A DNA stretch of 64,000 nucleotides, from assembly GCA_039666315.1 (NCBI GenBank), contig JAVSME010000011.1:19971-83970 (forward strand), given 5' to 3'. Under the pieces are notes generated by a model that made no database searches, was not told where the DNA came from, and saw nothing but the letters and a program-made list of their open reading frames with translations. The DNA comes from Bellilinea sp. GTDB taxonomy: Bacteria > Chloroflexota > Anaerolineae > Anaerolineales > Anaerolineaceae. A program made the translations under genes and the position numbers. Each line of letters begins with the position of its first letter. The stretch's first letter is position 1. Shown here piece after piece: positions 18,994 through 30,214 of the stretch.

Positions 18994-19024
18994 CCGGACT
19001 GTCAGCGGCTGGTGAAATTAAATC

Positions 19025-19053
19025 AAAATGCCTGCAAAAACCGGGCAGGCATT
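19025..19053. terminator. Hairpin terminator between the convergent pilin and glyQS
   Basis: AATGCCTGC-loop-GCAGGCATT with a T-tract on the minus strand. Confidence 0.65.
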
Positions 19054-19100
19054 GACTTGTGGCTTGGGAGATTTTCCAGCAAGAGCGCGAAACCGGGCGT

Positions 19101-22100
19101 TTAAAACCCTTCCAACCGGGAAAAATCTGCCACGCCCTCAGCCAGGCTGGCAATTCGTTGCAACAAACCGAGCCGGTTGGCGCGCTGGGCAGCATCTTCC
19201 GCCATTACCAGCACGGTATCAAAGAAACGGTTGATGACCGGGATCATCGGCAGGAAAACGGCGAAGAAGTCTTCCACCGAACCGGAGCGGCGCAGCGAAT
19301 TTTCCGCTTTCAACAGCGTATCCAGCAGCGCCTTTTCCTCTGCTTCCACCAGCAGGTTTTCCTGAACCGGGAAAGAGCGGGCTTGGTCGCGGGTGATGCG
19401 CACGCAGCGAGCATAGGCAGGTAAAATCTGATTCCATTGCGGGTGGGTGACCCATTGCTGCAATTGTTTGACCGCCCGGCAGGCTGACGCTGGATTTGCG
19501 GATTGTTCGGCAAGCACGGCAGCAACAATATCATAGCGCCAGCCTTCTTCCAGCAGGTAACTTTGCAAACGCCCGGTGACAAATTCCAGGCAGGCTTGCT
19601 GGCTTTCAGCGCTGGCGGAGATAGGCAGACCTTGCGCAGCGGCATGCAAGCCGCGTCGCAGGTCGAAATCCATATCCCAACGGATCAGGTTGTGCACCAG
19701 ACCCAGCGCCGCGCGGCGCTGCGCGAATGGATCCTTGGTGCCGGTGGGCGCCAGTCCGGCAGCAAACAAGCCGGCCAGGGTGTCCAACCGGTCTGCCATG
19801 CCGACGATCAATCCGGCAGCGGATTGCGGGGCAGAGTCGCCGGCAAAGCGCGGCAGGTACGATTCGTAGATCGCCTGGGCTACAATGGGTTCCTCCCCAG
19901 ATTTAAGCGCGTAATAGCGGCCGATTAAACCTTGCAGGCTGGTCATTTCGATCACCATGTTGCTGACCAAATCTGCTTTGCACAGGCGGGCAGCCCGGCG
20001 GGCAGCCGGTGCCTGTTCATTGCTTATGCCGGCTAACGGGATCAACTGATCAACCAGATTTTCGATGCGCCTGGATTTGTCCAGCATGGAGCCAAGTTTT
20101 ATCTGGAAGGTGAGGGTTGCCAGGCGGGGCAGAAAATCCTCCAGGCGGTGTTTGCGATCTTCGTGAATGAAGAACGCGGCATCGGCAAAGCGCGCGCGAA
20201 TAACCTGCTCGTTACCATCCGCAACCACCTCCAGATGCTGACCGTCGCCGTTGCGAATAGCGATGAAATACGGCATCAGGCTGCCATCTGGCTGGTAAAC
20301 CGGGAAATAGCGTTGGTATTTTTGCATCACCGAGGTTAGCACCTCGGCGGGCAGACTCAAATGAGAGGGGTCGAATGAGCCGCGCAGCGCCGTTGGGGCT
20401 TCGACCAATCCGGTCACTTCATTGAGCAAGTCATCATCCACGCGCTGCGAGTCGCCGCCGCATTCCGCAATCAGCCGTTGAACCTGGGCAAGTATCGCGG
20501 CGCGCCGTTCGGTAGGATCGAGCAGGATGCCCTGGGCTTTCAAGAATGCCTGGTAGGCTGCAATACTGTCCACCGCCGTGCGTTCCGGCTGGCGGAAGCG
20601 CAGACCGCAGGTGTGGGATGCGGACGCCAAGCCGGCATAGCGAAATGGAATGACCTGCTGCCCGAACAACGCCAACAGCCAGCGGATTGGCCGCGAGAAG
20701 GAGACACCTGAATCGTTCCAGCGCATAGATTTGGTGAAGTTCAGCGCAGCGATCCATTCGGGCAGCGCAGACGCCAGCAATTGGATGGCGGGTTTTCCCG
20801 CTTCAAAAACTCGCGCGGCGGCGTATTGACCGCCATCAATTTCGACCACCTGTAATTCATTGACCTCGATACCGCGGCTGCGCGCAAAGCCAACTGCGGC
20901 GGGCGTGGGCGCGCCGGCAGCGTCAAAAGCGCGCTGCGCCGGGGGTCCCTTAACCAGGGTTTCGCGGTCGGGCTGCTGCCCGGCAAGGTTTTCGACCAGC
21001 ACGGTCAGGCGGCGCGGGGTGGCAAACACTTTAAGATCCGTATAATCCAGACGCAAATCCGCCAGGAACTGTGGCACGCGCTGGCGCAGCTGCTGCAAGG
21101 CATCGTCCAGGTCGCCGGCGGGCAGTTCTTCGCTACCGATCTCAAACAGGAGGTCGGCGGATTCCAGACTGGCAGCCGCGGCGGGAGCAGCGGCTTTTTC
21201 CGCCAACTCGCCTGCCGTACTGCCGCGATTCGGAAGGAGTGGATACTCCAGGATCTGGCGTTGTTCAAGGTAGGCGCGGGCAACCTTTGCGGAAAGTTCG
21301 CGCATCCGCGAGAACATGGCTGCCCGTTCAGTCACGCCGATTGCGCCGCGCGTGTCGAGGATGTTGAACGTGTGAGAACATTTGAGAACGTAATCGTGCG
21401 CCGGCAGCACCAAGCCATGATCCAGCGCATTGAGCGCTTCTGCCTGGAATAAATCCATCATCTGGCGGGCGCGGTCAATATCCGCAATTTCAAAATAATA
21501 TTTGCTGTGCTCCTGCTCGCCCTGCAAGTTAACCTGTCCGTAGGTGATGTCCGCGTTCCAAAGGATATCGCGGAAATTGCGTACCCGTTGCAGGGCTATG
21601 GCAATTCGTTCCAGCCCGTAGGTGATCTCGACAGAGACTGGTTCGAGGACAATTCCACCGGCTTGTTGGAAGTAGGTGAATTGGGTGATTTCTTGACCAT
21701 CCAGCCAGACTTCCCAGCCCAAGCCCCATGCTCCCAGGGCAGGGGATTCCCAGTTATCCTCGACAAAGCGGATGTCGTGTTGTCGTGGATCAATCCCCAG
21801 CGCTTCGAGCGATCGTAAATAGATTTCCTGCGGATTACCCGGGTCGGGTTTGAGGATGACCTGAAATTGGTAATGCTGCTGCAACCGGTTTGGATTTTCT
21901 CCGTAGCGACCATCATCCGGACGGACGGATGGCTCCACATAAGCCACGTTCCACGGTTCGGGACCCAGTACGCGCAAATAGGTGGCTGGGTTGTAAGTGC
22001 CGGCGCCAACCTGAGTGTAATAAGGCTGCCAGATCAGGCAGCCCTGTTCTGCCCAGAAGCGCTGCAAATTCATGATAATCGTCTGGAAATCGAGCGGTCG

Positions 22101-22106
22101 AGACAT
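19101..22106 (-). CDS. glyQS: Glycine--tRNA ligase, fused alpha and beta subunits
   Basis: Alpha motifs ([24 protein letters not shown]) are continuous with beta motifs ([27 protein letters not shown]) in one frame. Confidence 0.96.
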   Translation of the reverse strand: MSRPLDFQTIIMNLQRFWAEQGCLIWQPYYTQVGAGTYNPATYLRVLGPEPWNVAYVEPSVRPDDGRYGENPNRLQQHYQFQVILKPDPGNPQEIYLRSLEALGIDPRQHDIRFVEDNWESPALGAWGLGWEVWLDGQEITQFTYFQQAGGIVLEPVSVEITYGLERIAIALQRVRNFRDILWNADITYGQVNLQGEQEHSKYYFEIADIDRARQMMDLFQAEALNALDHGLVLPAHDYVLKCSHTFNILDTRGAIGVTERAAMFSRMRELSAKVARAYLEQRQILEYPLLPNRGSTAGELAEKAAAPAAAASLESADLLFEIGSEELPAGDLDDALQQLRQRVPQFLADLRLDYTDLKVFATPRRLTVLVENLAGQQPDRETLVKGPPAQRAFDAAGAPTPAAVGFARSRGIEVNELQVVEIDGGQYAAARVFEAGKPAIQLLASALPEWIAALNFTKSMRWNDSGVSFSRPIRWLLALFGQQVIPFRYAGLASASHTCGLRFRQPERTAVDSIAAYQAFLKAQGILLDPTERRAAILAQVQRLIAECGGDSQRVDDDLLNEVTGLVEAPTALRGSFDPSHLSLPAEVLTSVMQKYQRYFPVYQPDGSLMPYFIAIRNGDGQHLEVVADGNEQVIRARFADAAFFIHEDRKHRLEDFLPRLATLTFQIKLGSMLDKSRRIENLVDQLIPLAGISNEQAPAARRAARLCKADLVSNMVIEMTSLQGLIGRYYALKSGEEPIVAQAIYESYLPRFAGDSAPQSAAGLIVGMADRLDTLAGLFAAGLAPTGTKDPFAQRRAALGLVHNLIRWDMDFDLRRGLHAAAQGLPISASAESQQACLEFVTGRLQSYLLEEGWRYDIVAAVLAEQSANPASACRAVKQLQQWVTHPQWNQILPAYARCVRITRDQARSFPVQENLLVEAEEKALLDTLLKAENSLRRSGSVEDFFAVFLPMIPVINRFFDTVLVMAEDAAQRANRLGLLQRIASLAEGVADFSRLEGF

Positions 22107-22285
22107 GCCTACTCCGGATGGGTTTCGAATGAATGCCAACCGATTATACTACGGTTCATTTAACCCGATTGGCTCGCCGGGACGGAGCGAGGGAATGGAC
22201 GCTCCTATTCCCAATTCATTTTTTCACCGCCATTGCCGGGCGGGGCAATGTGCGCCGCTGACCTGGAGGGATCTGATCCTGGCAG

Positions 22286-22690
22286 TTATGTTCTCATCCT
22301 GCGTTCTTTATCCGCCAGGCGTTCATTGAAGCGATTCTGGGTGATGACAAAGCGTTCGTGCTCGCCTGAGGCGATTTTTTCCACTTCGTCCCAGGCTTCG
22401 ACGCTAAAGCGCAGGCGGCGGCCATCCACCTCCTGCAGCAGAGCAAAAAATCGCACCGTCATCCCGACCGGGGTGGCAGCCAGGTGGCGAATGTTGACTG
22501 CTGTCCCAACGCTGCCCTGGCCAGCCGCCAAATGCGGCTGGATGGCTTGGTGCGCGGCGCGCTCCAGGTAACCAATCACGCGCGGCGTGCTCAACACTGG
22601 CGGGTAGGATTCTCCGGCAGCGTAACGGGCGGTGTCGCTCTCCTGCACGGTGAGGGTTATTTCAGCAGATAAACCGGGTTGAATTGACAT
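22286..22690 (-). CDS. FlK-type hotdog thioesterase
   Basis: VLSTP...LE.AA, SVGT.VNIRHLAATPVG (Thr/Glu/His triad), G.HERF. Confidence 0.85.
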   Translation of the reverse strand: MSIQPGLSAEITLTVQESDTARYAAGESYPPVLSTPRVIGYLERAAHQAIQPHLAAGQGSVGTAVNIRHLAATPVGMTVRFFALLQEVDGRRLRFSVEAWDEVEKIASGEHERFVITQNRFNERLADKERRMRT

Positions 22691-22851
22691 GGGATAGTTC
22701 TCTCTCTGGTTAAGGTTAGGTGATTGTTGGCGGAACGTAACGCGCGATGCTTGACTCAATTTACAACTTTTCGTTGGCGGGTGGGTAAATATAAAAAACT
22801 CGCGTTATAATGAAAAAGACCATTACAATCCAATTATATAAGGAGAAAAAC

Positions 22852-23352
22852 ATGCTCAGCAAACGACTTCTGGAAGAAATGAACACCCAGATTAAGCTGG
22901 AATTGTATTCTGCCTATTTGTACCTGGCAATGTCGGCGCATTTCGAGGAGGCTAATTGGGCGGGATTTGCCAAATGGCTGAAGATGCAGGCGGAAGAAGA
23001 ACAAGAGCACGCGATGAAGTTTTACGAATTCATCCATGACCGCAATGCAAAAGTGACCCTGCAAACCATCGAGGCGCCGCCCAGCCATTTTGGATCAGCG
23101 GTGGAAATCTTCGCTGAGGTGCTCAAACACGAGCAATCCGTTACTGCCCGGATCAACCTGCTGTACACTATCGCGGTGGAGGACAGGGACTACGCCAGCC
23201 AGGAGTTCCTTAATTGGTTTGTCAAGGAACAGGTTGAGGAAGAAAAGAACGCCACAATGGTTCTCGACTGGGTAAAACTGGCAGGCGACTCGGTCAATGC
23301 CATGTTCCAGGTAAATGCGCTGATGGGCGCGCGCGAGGACGAAGAAGACTAA
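22852..23352 (+). CDS. ftn: Non-heme ferritin
   Basis: ELYSAYLYLAMS, QAEEEQEHA, WFVKEQVEEE ferroxidase motifs. AGGAG RBS. Confidence 0.95.
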   Translation: MLSKRLLEEMNTQIKLELYSAYLYLAMSAHFEEANWAGFAKWLKMQAEEEQEHAMKFYEFIHDRNAKVTLQTIEAPPSHFGSAVEIFAEVLKHEQSVTARINLLYTIAVEDRDYASQEFLNWFVKEQVEEEKNATMVLDWVKLAGDSVNAMFQVNALMGAREDEED

Positions 23353-23395
23353 TCTTTAGGTTTACCCCGCCGCTTTGCATTGGCAGGCGCTCATT

Positions 23396-23437
23396 AAAAA
23401 GTCTATCGCTTGTTGGAACCAGGCGATAGACTTTTTT
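23396..23437 (+). terminator. Intrinsic terminator after ferritin
   Basis: AAAAAGTCTATCGC-loop-GCGATAGACTTTTTT. Confidence 0.85.
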
Positions 23438-23529
23438 CATGTCTTGCCATTTGCCCGACTCTCTATTGCCATTTCATCTGTAATTGATGTAAAATATATG
23501 ATAAATATCATCAAAAAAGGAGCGTAGGT

Positions 23530-24387
23530 ATGTCTCAATATGCCTTCCCGGAATATCTGGTCGAGACTGACTGGGTCGCCCGGCACCTTAATGATCCTCG
23601 GGTGCGGATCGTCGAGTCAAACGAGGACGCGCTGCTGTATGATACCGGACATATTCCTGGCGCAGTTCGTATTGATTGGTTTACCGCCTTGCAGCACCCG
23701 TTGCGGCGGGATTTCCTCACCAAACAGGAGTTCGAAGCGCTTTGCTCCCTGTTGGGGATTGGCAACGACACGACGGTTGTCTTTTACGGGGACAAGAGTA
23801 ATTGGTTTGCGGTTTACACGTTTTGGATCTTCGAATACTATGGGCACAAGAAGCGCAAAATTATGAATGGCGGGCGCGCCCGCTGGTTGGCGGAGAATCG
23901 GCCACTGAGCATGGAGGTGCCAGGCTATCCGCCCACTGCTTACCGCGCCAAAGAGCCGGATGCCAGCATTCGAGCATTTCGCGATCAAGTCATTGATCAA
24001 CTGCAACAGGGTCTGCCTATGGTGGATGTGCGCTCGCCAAAGGAGTATACCGGCGAGTTGCTGCACATGCCCGGTTACCCGCAGGAAGGCGCGCAGCGCG
24101 GCGGTCACATTCCGGGCGCGGTTAATGTTCCCTGGGCGCAGGCGGTGGATGAGGATGGGCGTTTTAAACCGCCGGAAGTTCTGCGCGAGTTATACCAAAG
24201 CCGCGGAGTGACCCCGGATAAGGAAGTGATTGCCTACTGCCGGATCGGCGAGCGCAGTTCGCACACCTGGTTTGTGCTCAAATACCTGCTCGGTTACCCA
24301 CGGGTGCGCAATTACGATGGTTCGTGGACCGAATGGGGCAACCTGGTAGGCGCGCCGATCGAAAAAGGCGAAGGAGGCGGCAGGTGA
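23530..24387 (+). CDS. Tandem-domain rhodanese / thiosulfate sulfurtransferase (SseA/CysA type)
   Basis: GHIPGA twice, active loop [16 protein letters not shown]. Confidence 0.93.
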   Translation: MSQYAFPEYLVETDWVARHLNDPRVRIVESNEDALLYDTGHIPGAVRIDWFTALQHPLRRDFLTKQEFEALCSLLGIGNDTTVVFYGDKSNWFAVYTFWIFEYYGHKKRKIMNGGRARWLAENRPLSMEVPGYPPTAYRAKEPDASIRAFRDQVIDQLQQGLPMVDVRSPKEYTGELLHMPGYPQEGAQRGGHIPGAVNVPWAQAVDEDGRFKPPEVLRELYQSRGVTPDKEVIAYCRIGERSSHTWFVLKYLLGYPRVRNYDGSWTEWGNLVGAPIEKGEGGGR

Positions 24388-24821
24388 AGCAATCTCTGCC
24401 GCCCCGTCTGGCGCAGATAGTGGCTGAGTTTGAGGATTGCGAAGGGCGGGAAAAGTTGGAATTGCTGCTTGATTATGCGCGGCGTTTCCCGCCCATTCCT
24501 GCCGATGTGCGCCTTACCGAGACCAGCGAAGAAGTGCCCGAGTGCATGACGCCGGTGCAGATGGCGGCAAAGTATTCCGGCGGCAGGTTGACCTTTTATT
24601 TCGACGTGCCCGCCGAATCGCCAACCGTGCGCGGGTACGCTGCCATTATCATGGAAGGTTTGAACGGCTCAACGCCAGCGGAAATCCTTTCCATACCGGC
24701 GGAGTTCTACTTGAGCATGGGATTGCAGGATGCGCTGACCGCCCAGCGGCTGAACGGCATGGCGGCAATCCTGGCGCATATCAAACGCCGCGCCGCCGAA
24801 GTCCTGCAACAGACGGGGTAA
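24384..24821 (+). CDS. sufE: SufE-family sulfur acceptor
   Basis: [31 protein letters not shown] overlap with the rhodanese gene. Confidence 0.88.
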   Translation: MKQSLPPRLAQIVAEFEDCEGREKLELLLDYARRFPPIPADVRLTETSEEVPECMTPVQMAAKYSGGRLTFYFDVPAESPTVRGYAAIIMEGLNGSTPAEILSIPAEFYLSMGLQDALTAQRLNGMAAILAHIKRRAAEVLQQTG

Positions 24822-24827
24822 GCCGGT

Positions 24828-26009
24828 TTAGATTACCGCCAATTTTTTGCCTACCCGGGCGAAGGCTTCCAAGCCCTGCTGGAGGTCGCTTGGGCTGTGG
24901 GCGGCTGAGATCATCACCCGGATGCGGGCTTTGCCGCGCGGTACGGTTGGAAAGCCAAGCGGCATGGCAAATACGCCCTGGTCGAACAGGTCACGGCTGA
25001 ACTGCTGTGCCAGCGGCGCTTCGCCCAGCATGACGGGCGTAATCGGGGTAACGCTTTGACCGGTGTCGAAACCGAGACGCTTCATTTCACTTTTGAAAAA
25101 GCGCGCGTTTTCCCACAGACGATCAACCAGTTCGGTCGATTCTTCGAGCAAATCCACCGCGGCAATGGCGGCGGCAACATCTGGAGGCGTCACTGCCGAG
25201 GAGAATAGAAACGGACGACCACGCTGGCGAAGCCATTCGACAATCAGCGGGTCACCGGCGACCAACCCGCCGACCACGCCAAAGGCTTTGGAGAGTGTTC
25301 CGACCTCGATATCCACCTTGCCGTGCAGGTGAAAATGGTCAACAATTCCGCGACCGCCTGCGCCCATCACCCCTTCTCCGTGGGCATCGTCAACCATCAA
25401 CATCACCCCGTGCCTGCTGGTGATCTCGTAGATCTGGTCAAGCGGGGCGATATCGCCATCCATGCTGAACACGCCGTCCGTGATTGCCAGCGCGCGGCGG
25501 TACTTGCCCTGATTTTCTCGGATCAACCGTTCCAGGTCTGCCGGATTGCCGTGAGCGTACCGCAGCACCGGCGCGCCGGACAGACGGCAGCCGTCAATGA
25601 TGCTGGCATGGTTCAATTCGTCCGAAAAGATGATGTCTTCCTTGCCTGCCAGCGCCTGAATGGCTGCCAGGTTAGCGGTGAAACCGCTCTGAAAAGTGAT
25701 TGCGGCTGCCACTCCCTTGAATGCCGCGAGGCGCCGCTCAAGTTCCAGATGGATGTCCATCGTGCCGGCAATGCTGCGCACTGCGCTGGGACCCACGCCA
25801 TAGCGGTCGAGAATCTTGTGCGCCGCTGCGACGATCTGCGGATGATTGGCCAGCCCCAGATAATTGTTGGAGCAGAAATTGAGGACCTGCCTGCCGTCAA
25901 CAGTCAACCACGCGCCCTGAGGCGAGCTTAACGTGCGGATGCGGTTATACAAGCCGTTCTCTTTTAGCCCGTCAATCTCTTGCTGGATCCAGGTCAGTCG
26001 CTCGGTCAT
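24828..26009 (-). CDS. kbl: Glycine C-acetyltransferase / alpha-oxoamine synthase (Kbl/BioF family)
   Basis: [44 protein letters not shown] lysine. Confidence 0.85.
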   Translation of the reverse strand: MTERLTWIQQEIDGLKENGLYNRIRTLSSPQGAWLTVDGRQVLNFCSNNYLGLANHPQIVAAAHKILDRYGVGPSAVRSIAGTMDIHLELERRLAAFKGVAAAITFQSGFTANLAAIQALAGKEDIIFSDELNHASIIDGCRLSGAPVLRYAHGNPADLERLIRENQGKYRRALAITDGVFSMDGDIAPLDQIYEITSRHGVMLMVDDAHGEGVMGAGGRGIVDHFHLHGKVDIEVGTLSKAFGVVGGLVAGDPLIVEWLRQRGRPFLFSSAVTPPDVAAAIAAVDLLEESTELVDRLWENARFFKSEMKRLGFDTGQSVTPITPVMLGEAPLAQQFSRDLFDQGVFAMPLGFPTVPRGKARIRVMISAAHSPSDLQQGLEAFARVGKKLAVI

Positions 26010-26080
26010 TGCCACCTCATTATTTTATGAACAGGAATTGGTTGGAAATTGGAAAACGGCGGGATGCTCCGCCAGTCTGA

Positions 26081-27715
26081 TTATACCCCTTCTGTTTGAT
26101 CCTCTCCAAGCACTCCCAGGCGGGCAAGTTCGCGCAGCAGGCGTTTTTTACTGCCAGAGCGAATCAGTGCGCAGGTGGGCGAAAGGTCTTCGAGGATATC
26201 GCGCCCGGCTGGAGTTTTACGCAGCGCAGCCAGCAGGTCGGGGGAAGCCACCCGCAGCAAGACGGCATTTTGCAGGCGCGCCTGACTGCCGTGCTGTTCC
26301 CACCGCTCAATGGCTTGCAGTATCATCGGCGGCAGCGGGGGTGAGGCGTGCCGGCGCAGCAAGCCAATCAGGTGCGCGCCGCGCAACCCTTGTTTGTGCG
26401 CTGCGGTGAGCGATTGCGGGGTGATTTGATAAAGGTATTCCTCGCGGGTTGCTGGCAGCCAGTGGGAGAAGCGCGCCAACTGGTAACGCAGCCAGCGCGG
26501 CGCGCGGCGTTCAATGCGCAGGACGCCCTCAGCGGATAACTGAAGCAATCCATTTTCTTCAATAAAGTCGTCCAGCGGCTGTCCGGTAAGAAGAGCATTC
26601 GCCTTATCGGAAAATCGAAAAGCATTGGCTGGCGCGTCTTCCTGCGCGGCAGCCAGGTCAATTAAACCCAGCCAGTGCATAGGACCACGAATGATAAAGG
26701 TGATCAGGGCGCCTTCAACTTCATCCCAACAAGCAAACCCGCGCAGGTACTCTCCATCTGCCGCGCGGCGAATAAACCACGAATCGTAATCCCCGGCAGA
26801 GCGCTGAAAATCGGGTGCTTGCGCTTTGACGGCGGCAATGAAATCGGACAGGCTCCACCAGGTATCCGCTGGAATGCATTGCAGGCTATTCAACAGCGAT
26901 GCCCGCGCAGCCTGTGGATGATTTTTCCACTCCCCTTCGCAGATCACGTCCGGCAGCAAGCGCAGTTCGTTGAATTCGCTAGAGTTTAACCAGGTTTGTA
27001 CCAGGTGGGATAAGGCGACAGGGCGGGGGGATTCCAGAAAATCGCGCACGGCTTGCGGGTCAGGCGAACGGGCGTCGTCAATCAGCCCGGCGGCGCGCAG
27101 CAAAACCTCTAGCGGGCGCGCAGGCAAGCGCACTGCGGTGGCAAGGCAGGCAGCATCCAGCCCCATGCGCAGCGCTGCCAAAAACGTGCAGGCTTCATCG
27201 AGGATGCCATCGCTGGCTGGCAGGGCATGGGCATATGCCGCCGGCGGGGCAGCCTGCCCAAGCACTTCGGTTTGGGGTTGTTCGGGCAGGTTGAGCAGCG
27301 TCGCCAGATCATCCGGGATGTAGGCGTACTCCTGTGGTTCGGGCGGCAGGTTGAAGAAGGCTTTACCGATCAGTCCGCGATACCATAATATTTCCGCTGG
27401 TGATGCCGGGTTGAGGTGCGGGCGTTCGCGATCGCGCCGGGCAGCGCCCATCGGGCGAATGTCACCGAACCGGCGGGAAAATAAGGACCACGACATCCGC
27501 CCGTGATTTTCGATCAGGCTTTGCAGCGCGTTGCGGGCACTGGCGGGCAAGCTGTCCACAATTTCTGCCAACAGCGCCGAGTCGCGCATGGCGCGGGTGA
27601 GGGCAGGCAGTGTCGTGCGCGCATCGCGGGCGGAGATTTCCAATCCCCACAGCGACGCAACGATCCTCAAAAAACCGAGATCGTGTCCTTGCAGGGTGTG
27701 GGATAAATCGGGCAT
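26081..27715 (-). CDS. Helicase-associated (XPB N-terminal / Helicase_C_3-like) domain protein
   Basis: C-terminal 'L.RFS......Y.Y.ITPQSL..A...GL....L...L..H....LP......I..W' pattern. No Walker motifs. Confidence 0.65.
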   Translation of the reverse strand: MPDLSHTLQGHDLGFLRIVASLWGLEISARDARTTLPALTRAMRDSALLAEIVDSLPASARNALQSLIENHGRMSWSLFSRRFGDIRPMGAARRDRERPHLNPASPAEILWYRGLIGKAFFNLPPEPQEYAYIPDDLATLLNLPEQPQTEVLGQAAPPAAYAHALPASDGILDEACTFLAALRMGLDAACLATAVRLPARPLEVLLRAAGLIDDARSPDPQAVRDFLESPRPVALSHLVQTWLNSSEFNELRLLPDVICEGEWKNHPQAARASLLNSLQCIPADTWWSLSDFIAAVKAQAPDFQRSAGDYDSWFIRRAADGEYLRGFACWDEVEGALITFIIRGPMHWLGLIDLAAAQEDAPANAFRFSDKANALLTGQPLDDFIEENGLLQLSAEGVLRIERRAPRWLRYQLARFSHWLPATREEYLYQITPQSLTAAHKQGLRGAHLIGLLRRHASPPLPPMILQAIERWEQHGSQARLQNAVLLRVASPDLLAALRKTPAGRDILEDLSPTCALIRSGSKKRLLRELARLGVLGEDQTEGV

Positions 27716-27725
27716 GGCAACTATC

Positions 27726-28658
27726 TCATAGGGAAGCAGGTGGAACGGTGACCTGAATTGCTGACGGAACGACTTCGACCTGAATGTGACGCAAGGACGA
27801 ATCCAGTCCGGCGTAAACTTCACCATCGGTGTGAATAAACAACGGCTGGTCGCTGGTCAATTCCAGGCGACGGAATTGACCCTGGCAAACATACGGCAGG
27901 CGGGCTTGCTGCCCGCGCATGACAAACGGAATGGTGTAGAGCATCTTCAGCCGGGATATTTTTTGAATACCGAGAAAATCCAACTGCCCGTCACGCGGGT
28001 TGGCGTTCGGGGCGACCCAAAACGCGCCGCCCTCGCGCCTGCCATTGCACAGCACCATCATCAGCAGGTGCTGCTGCCATGTTTGATCGTCCTGGCGGGC
28101 GTGAATACTCATCGGGGTATGATTGAACAGGATGGTTTGCAGGGCGGAAAGGAAGTATATGAGAAAACCGCGCACCCAGGGAATGCGCCGCGAACGAATA
28201 TTAACGACGGCGTCGAATCCGATCCCCAACGTGTTCGTCCAGTATTCGCTTCGCCCGGTTTGATCCTGAACGCGGGCAATATCTACCGGGCTGAGCGTAC
28301 CATCCAGCGCCAGTTCCAAAGCCTTCACCGGGTCGGCAGGGATGCCGAGCGTCCGCGAGAAGTCGTTGCCCGAGCCAACGGGGATGATTCCCAATGCCGG
28401 GCGGCGTTCGGACGGTACTTGCATCAAGCCGTTGACTACCTCGTGTGCGGTGCCATCGCCGCCCATGGCGACCACCTTGCGCACGCCCTGTTCGCCAGCA
28501 GACCGGGCAAGCAGGATCGCATGGCGATGATACTCGCTGAATTGCCAGATCACATCCGCTCTGCCCTGGGTCAATTGCTGGCAGTGGGCAGCGACCCGGG
28601 CAGCTCTTTGCCGGTTGGCAAGTAGATTGCATAGAATCAGGGTGTTGGCGGGCATCAT
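27726..28658 (-). CDS. Diacylglycerol/lipid kinase (YegS/DagK family)
   Basis: GGDGTAHEVVNG, IPVGSGNDF, GIGFDA, TDGE. Start uncertain (28655-28670). Confidence 0.9.
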   Translation of the reverse strand: MMPANTLILCNLLANRQRAARVAAHCQQLTQGRADVIWQFSEYHRHAILLARSAGEQGVRKVVAMGGDGTAHEVVNGLMQVPSERRPALGIIPVGSGNDFSRTLGIPADPVKALELALDGTLSPVDIARVQDQTGRSEYWTNTLGIGFDAVVNIRSRRIPWVRGFLIYFLSALQTILFNHTPMSIHARQDDQTWQQHLLMMVLCNGRREGGAFWVAPNANPRDGQLDFLGIQKISRLKMLYTIPFVMRGQQARLPYVCQGQFRRLELTSDQPLFIHTDGEVYAGLDSSLRHIQVEVVPSAIQVTVPPASL

Positions 28659-28814
28659 TTCTCTCGGCATGGCGGACGTTGAGACCTTACGATTATACCT
28701 AAATTGCCAAACGATATTGTAAGGTGGCAGCGTGTTCTGAACGCCGGTTGGTCGTTGTGAATAATCTGACATTTGTTATAATTCTCTCAGACCAACTCGT
28801 TTATCGAGGTTTAC

Positions 28815-29630
28815 ATGGCACTTCGGGGCAATCTGCGCGACTTTTCCATCACCCAATTGCTTAACCTGATCAACCTGGCTCGCAAAACCGGCACTCTGGT
28901 TGTGGAGGGCGCCAATGAAATGGCGCAGGTCACTTTCCGCGAAGGAAAACTGGCTTATGCGCACGTCGGCAGTGAAGAAAACGACCTGGCGGCGATCCTG
29001 CAGCGCAATCGCAAGATAACCTCCAACCAGGCGCGGGTGATTCGCGAACGCACCCGCAAAATGAGCGATAAAGAGGTGGGGTTACTGCTGATAAATGCCG
29101 GCTACCTGACCCAAAAAGATATCCTGGAAAGTTTACAGCTGTATTGCCTGGATGTCGTCCGGCGCCTGTTCACCTGGGTTGAGGGGTCGTTCCATTTCTC
29201 CCCGGAACTGCCGCCACCGGACGGTAAAATTCCCGTGCGGCTGGACCTGGAAAACCTGATTATCGAAGGCTCGCGCCAGCTGCGCGAATGGGAGCAATTG
29301 CAGGAAGAGATCCCCAGCCTGGACATGGCATTGAAGTTCACCGACCGGCCGGGCAGCAATATCCGTAACCTCAATTTGAGTTTGGAGGAGTGGCGGGTGG
29401 TGCGCTATGTCAACCCCAAGAATACCATGCGCCAGATAGCGCACGCGGCGCGGATGAATGATCTCGAAATCCGCCGGATAGTATTCGCTTTGCTTCAAGC
29501 CGGTTTGGTGGAGATTGTCCGCCCTGGCGGCGCGCCAGTGAGCGGCGTTGTGCGTCCTTTCCAGGCGGCGAATAAGGAACAGCAAGTCTCGCTGCTCAAT
29601 CGCTTGATTAACAAAATCCGCTCGATCTAA
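28815..29630 (+). CDS. DUF4388 (PATAN-like) protein with C-terminal winged helix
   Basis: MALRGNLRDFSITQLLNLI...KTGTL...FREGKL, LFTW.EG.F.F, and the LSLEEWRV...LLQAGLVE wHTH pattern. Confidence 0.85.
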   Translation: MALRGNLRDFSITQLLNLINLARKTGTLVVEGANEMAQVTFREGKLAYAHVGSEENDLAAILQRNRKITSNQARVIRERTRKMSDKEVGLLLINAGYLTQKDILESLQLYCLDVVRRLFTWVEGSFHFSPELPPPDGKIPVRLDLENLIIEGSRQLREWEQLQEEIPSLDMALKFTDRPGSNIRNLNLSLEEWRVVRYVNPKNTMRQIAHAARMNDLEIRRIVFALLQAGLVEIVRPGGAPVSGVVRPFQAANKEQQVSLLNRLINKIRSI

Positions 29631-29651
29631 TTCCTGAAGTAGGGTAGTCCG

Positions 29652-30191
29652 ATGCAGACTGTAAAAATCGTGGTCACCGGTCCATTCAATGCAGGCAAGA
29701 CGGAATTTATCCAGTCGGTTAGCGAGATTGATGTCGTTTCAACCGAGCGGAAAATTTCTGCTCAGTCGGAAAGGGTTAAGGAAAATACGACGGTGGCTCT
29801 CGATTTTGGGCGCATCACGGTGGATGATGACCTGGTGCTGTACCTGTTCGGCACACCCGGGCAAAAACGTTTTGATTTCATGTGGGAAATTTTATCCGAA
29901 GGCATGCTTGGTTTCGTTGTCATGGTGGACAGCACCCGCCCGGAAACCTTTCGTGAGGCGCGCACGATTCTGGAAACCTTCCGCGCTTACGCGCCGACGC
30001 CGTATGTGGTGGCTGCCAACAAACAAGATTGCAGCGATGCCTGGGAAATTGATGACATGCGCCTGGCGCTGCGCCTCGACCCGAGGGTTAAATTGCTGTC
30101 CTGCGTGGCAAAAGACAAGGAAAACGTCAAAAAAGTGCTGCTGGAATTGCTGTACGGCATTCTGGAAGAGATGGGGGAGGGCGGCAAGTGA
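29652..30191 (+). CDS. MglA/CvnD-like small Ras-superfamily GTPase
   Basis: G1 GPFNAGKT, G2 TTVALDFG, G3 LFGTPGQ.RF, G4 ANKQD. Confidence 0.92.
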   Translation: MQTVKIVVTGPFNAGKTEFIQSVSEIDVVSTERKISAQSERVKENTTVALDFGRITVDDDLVLYLFGTPGQKRFDFMWEILSEGMLGFVVMVDSTRPETFREARTILETFRAYAPTPYVVAANKQDCSDAWEIDDMRLALRLDPRVKLLSCVAKDKENVKKVLLELLYGILEEMGEGGK

Positions 30192-30214
30192 GCAGCCCGG
30201 GGGGTTAGGTCAAC

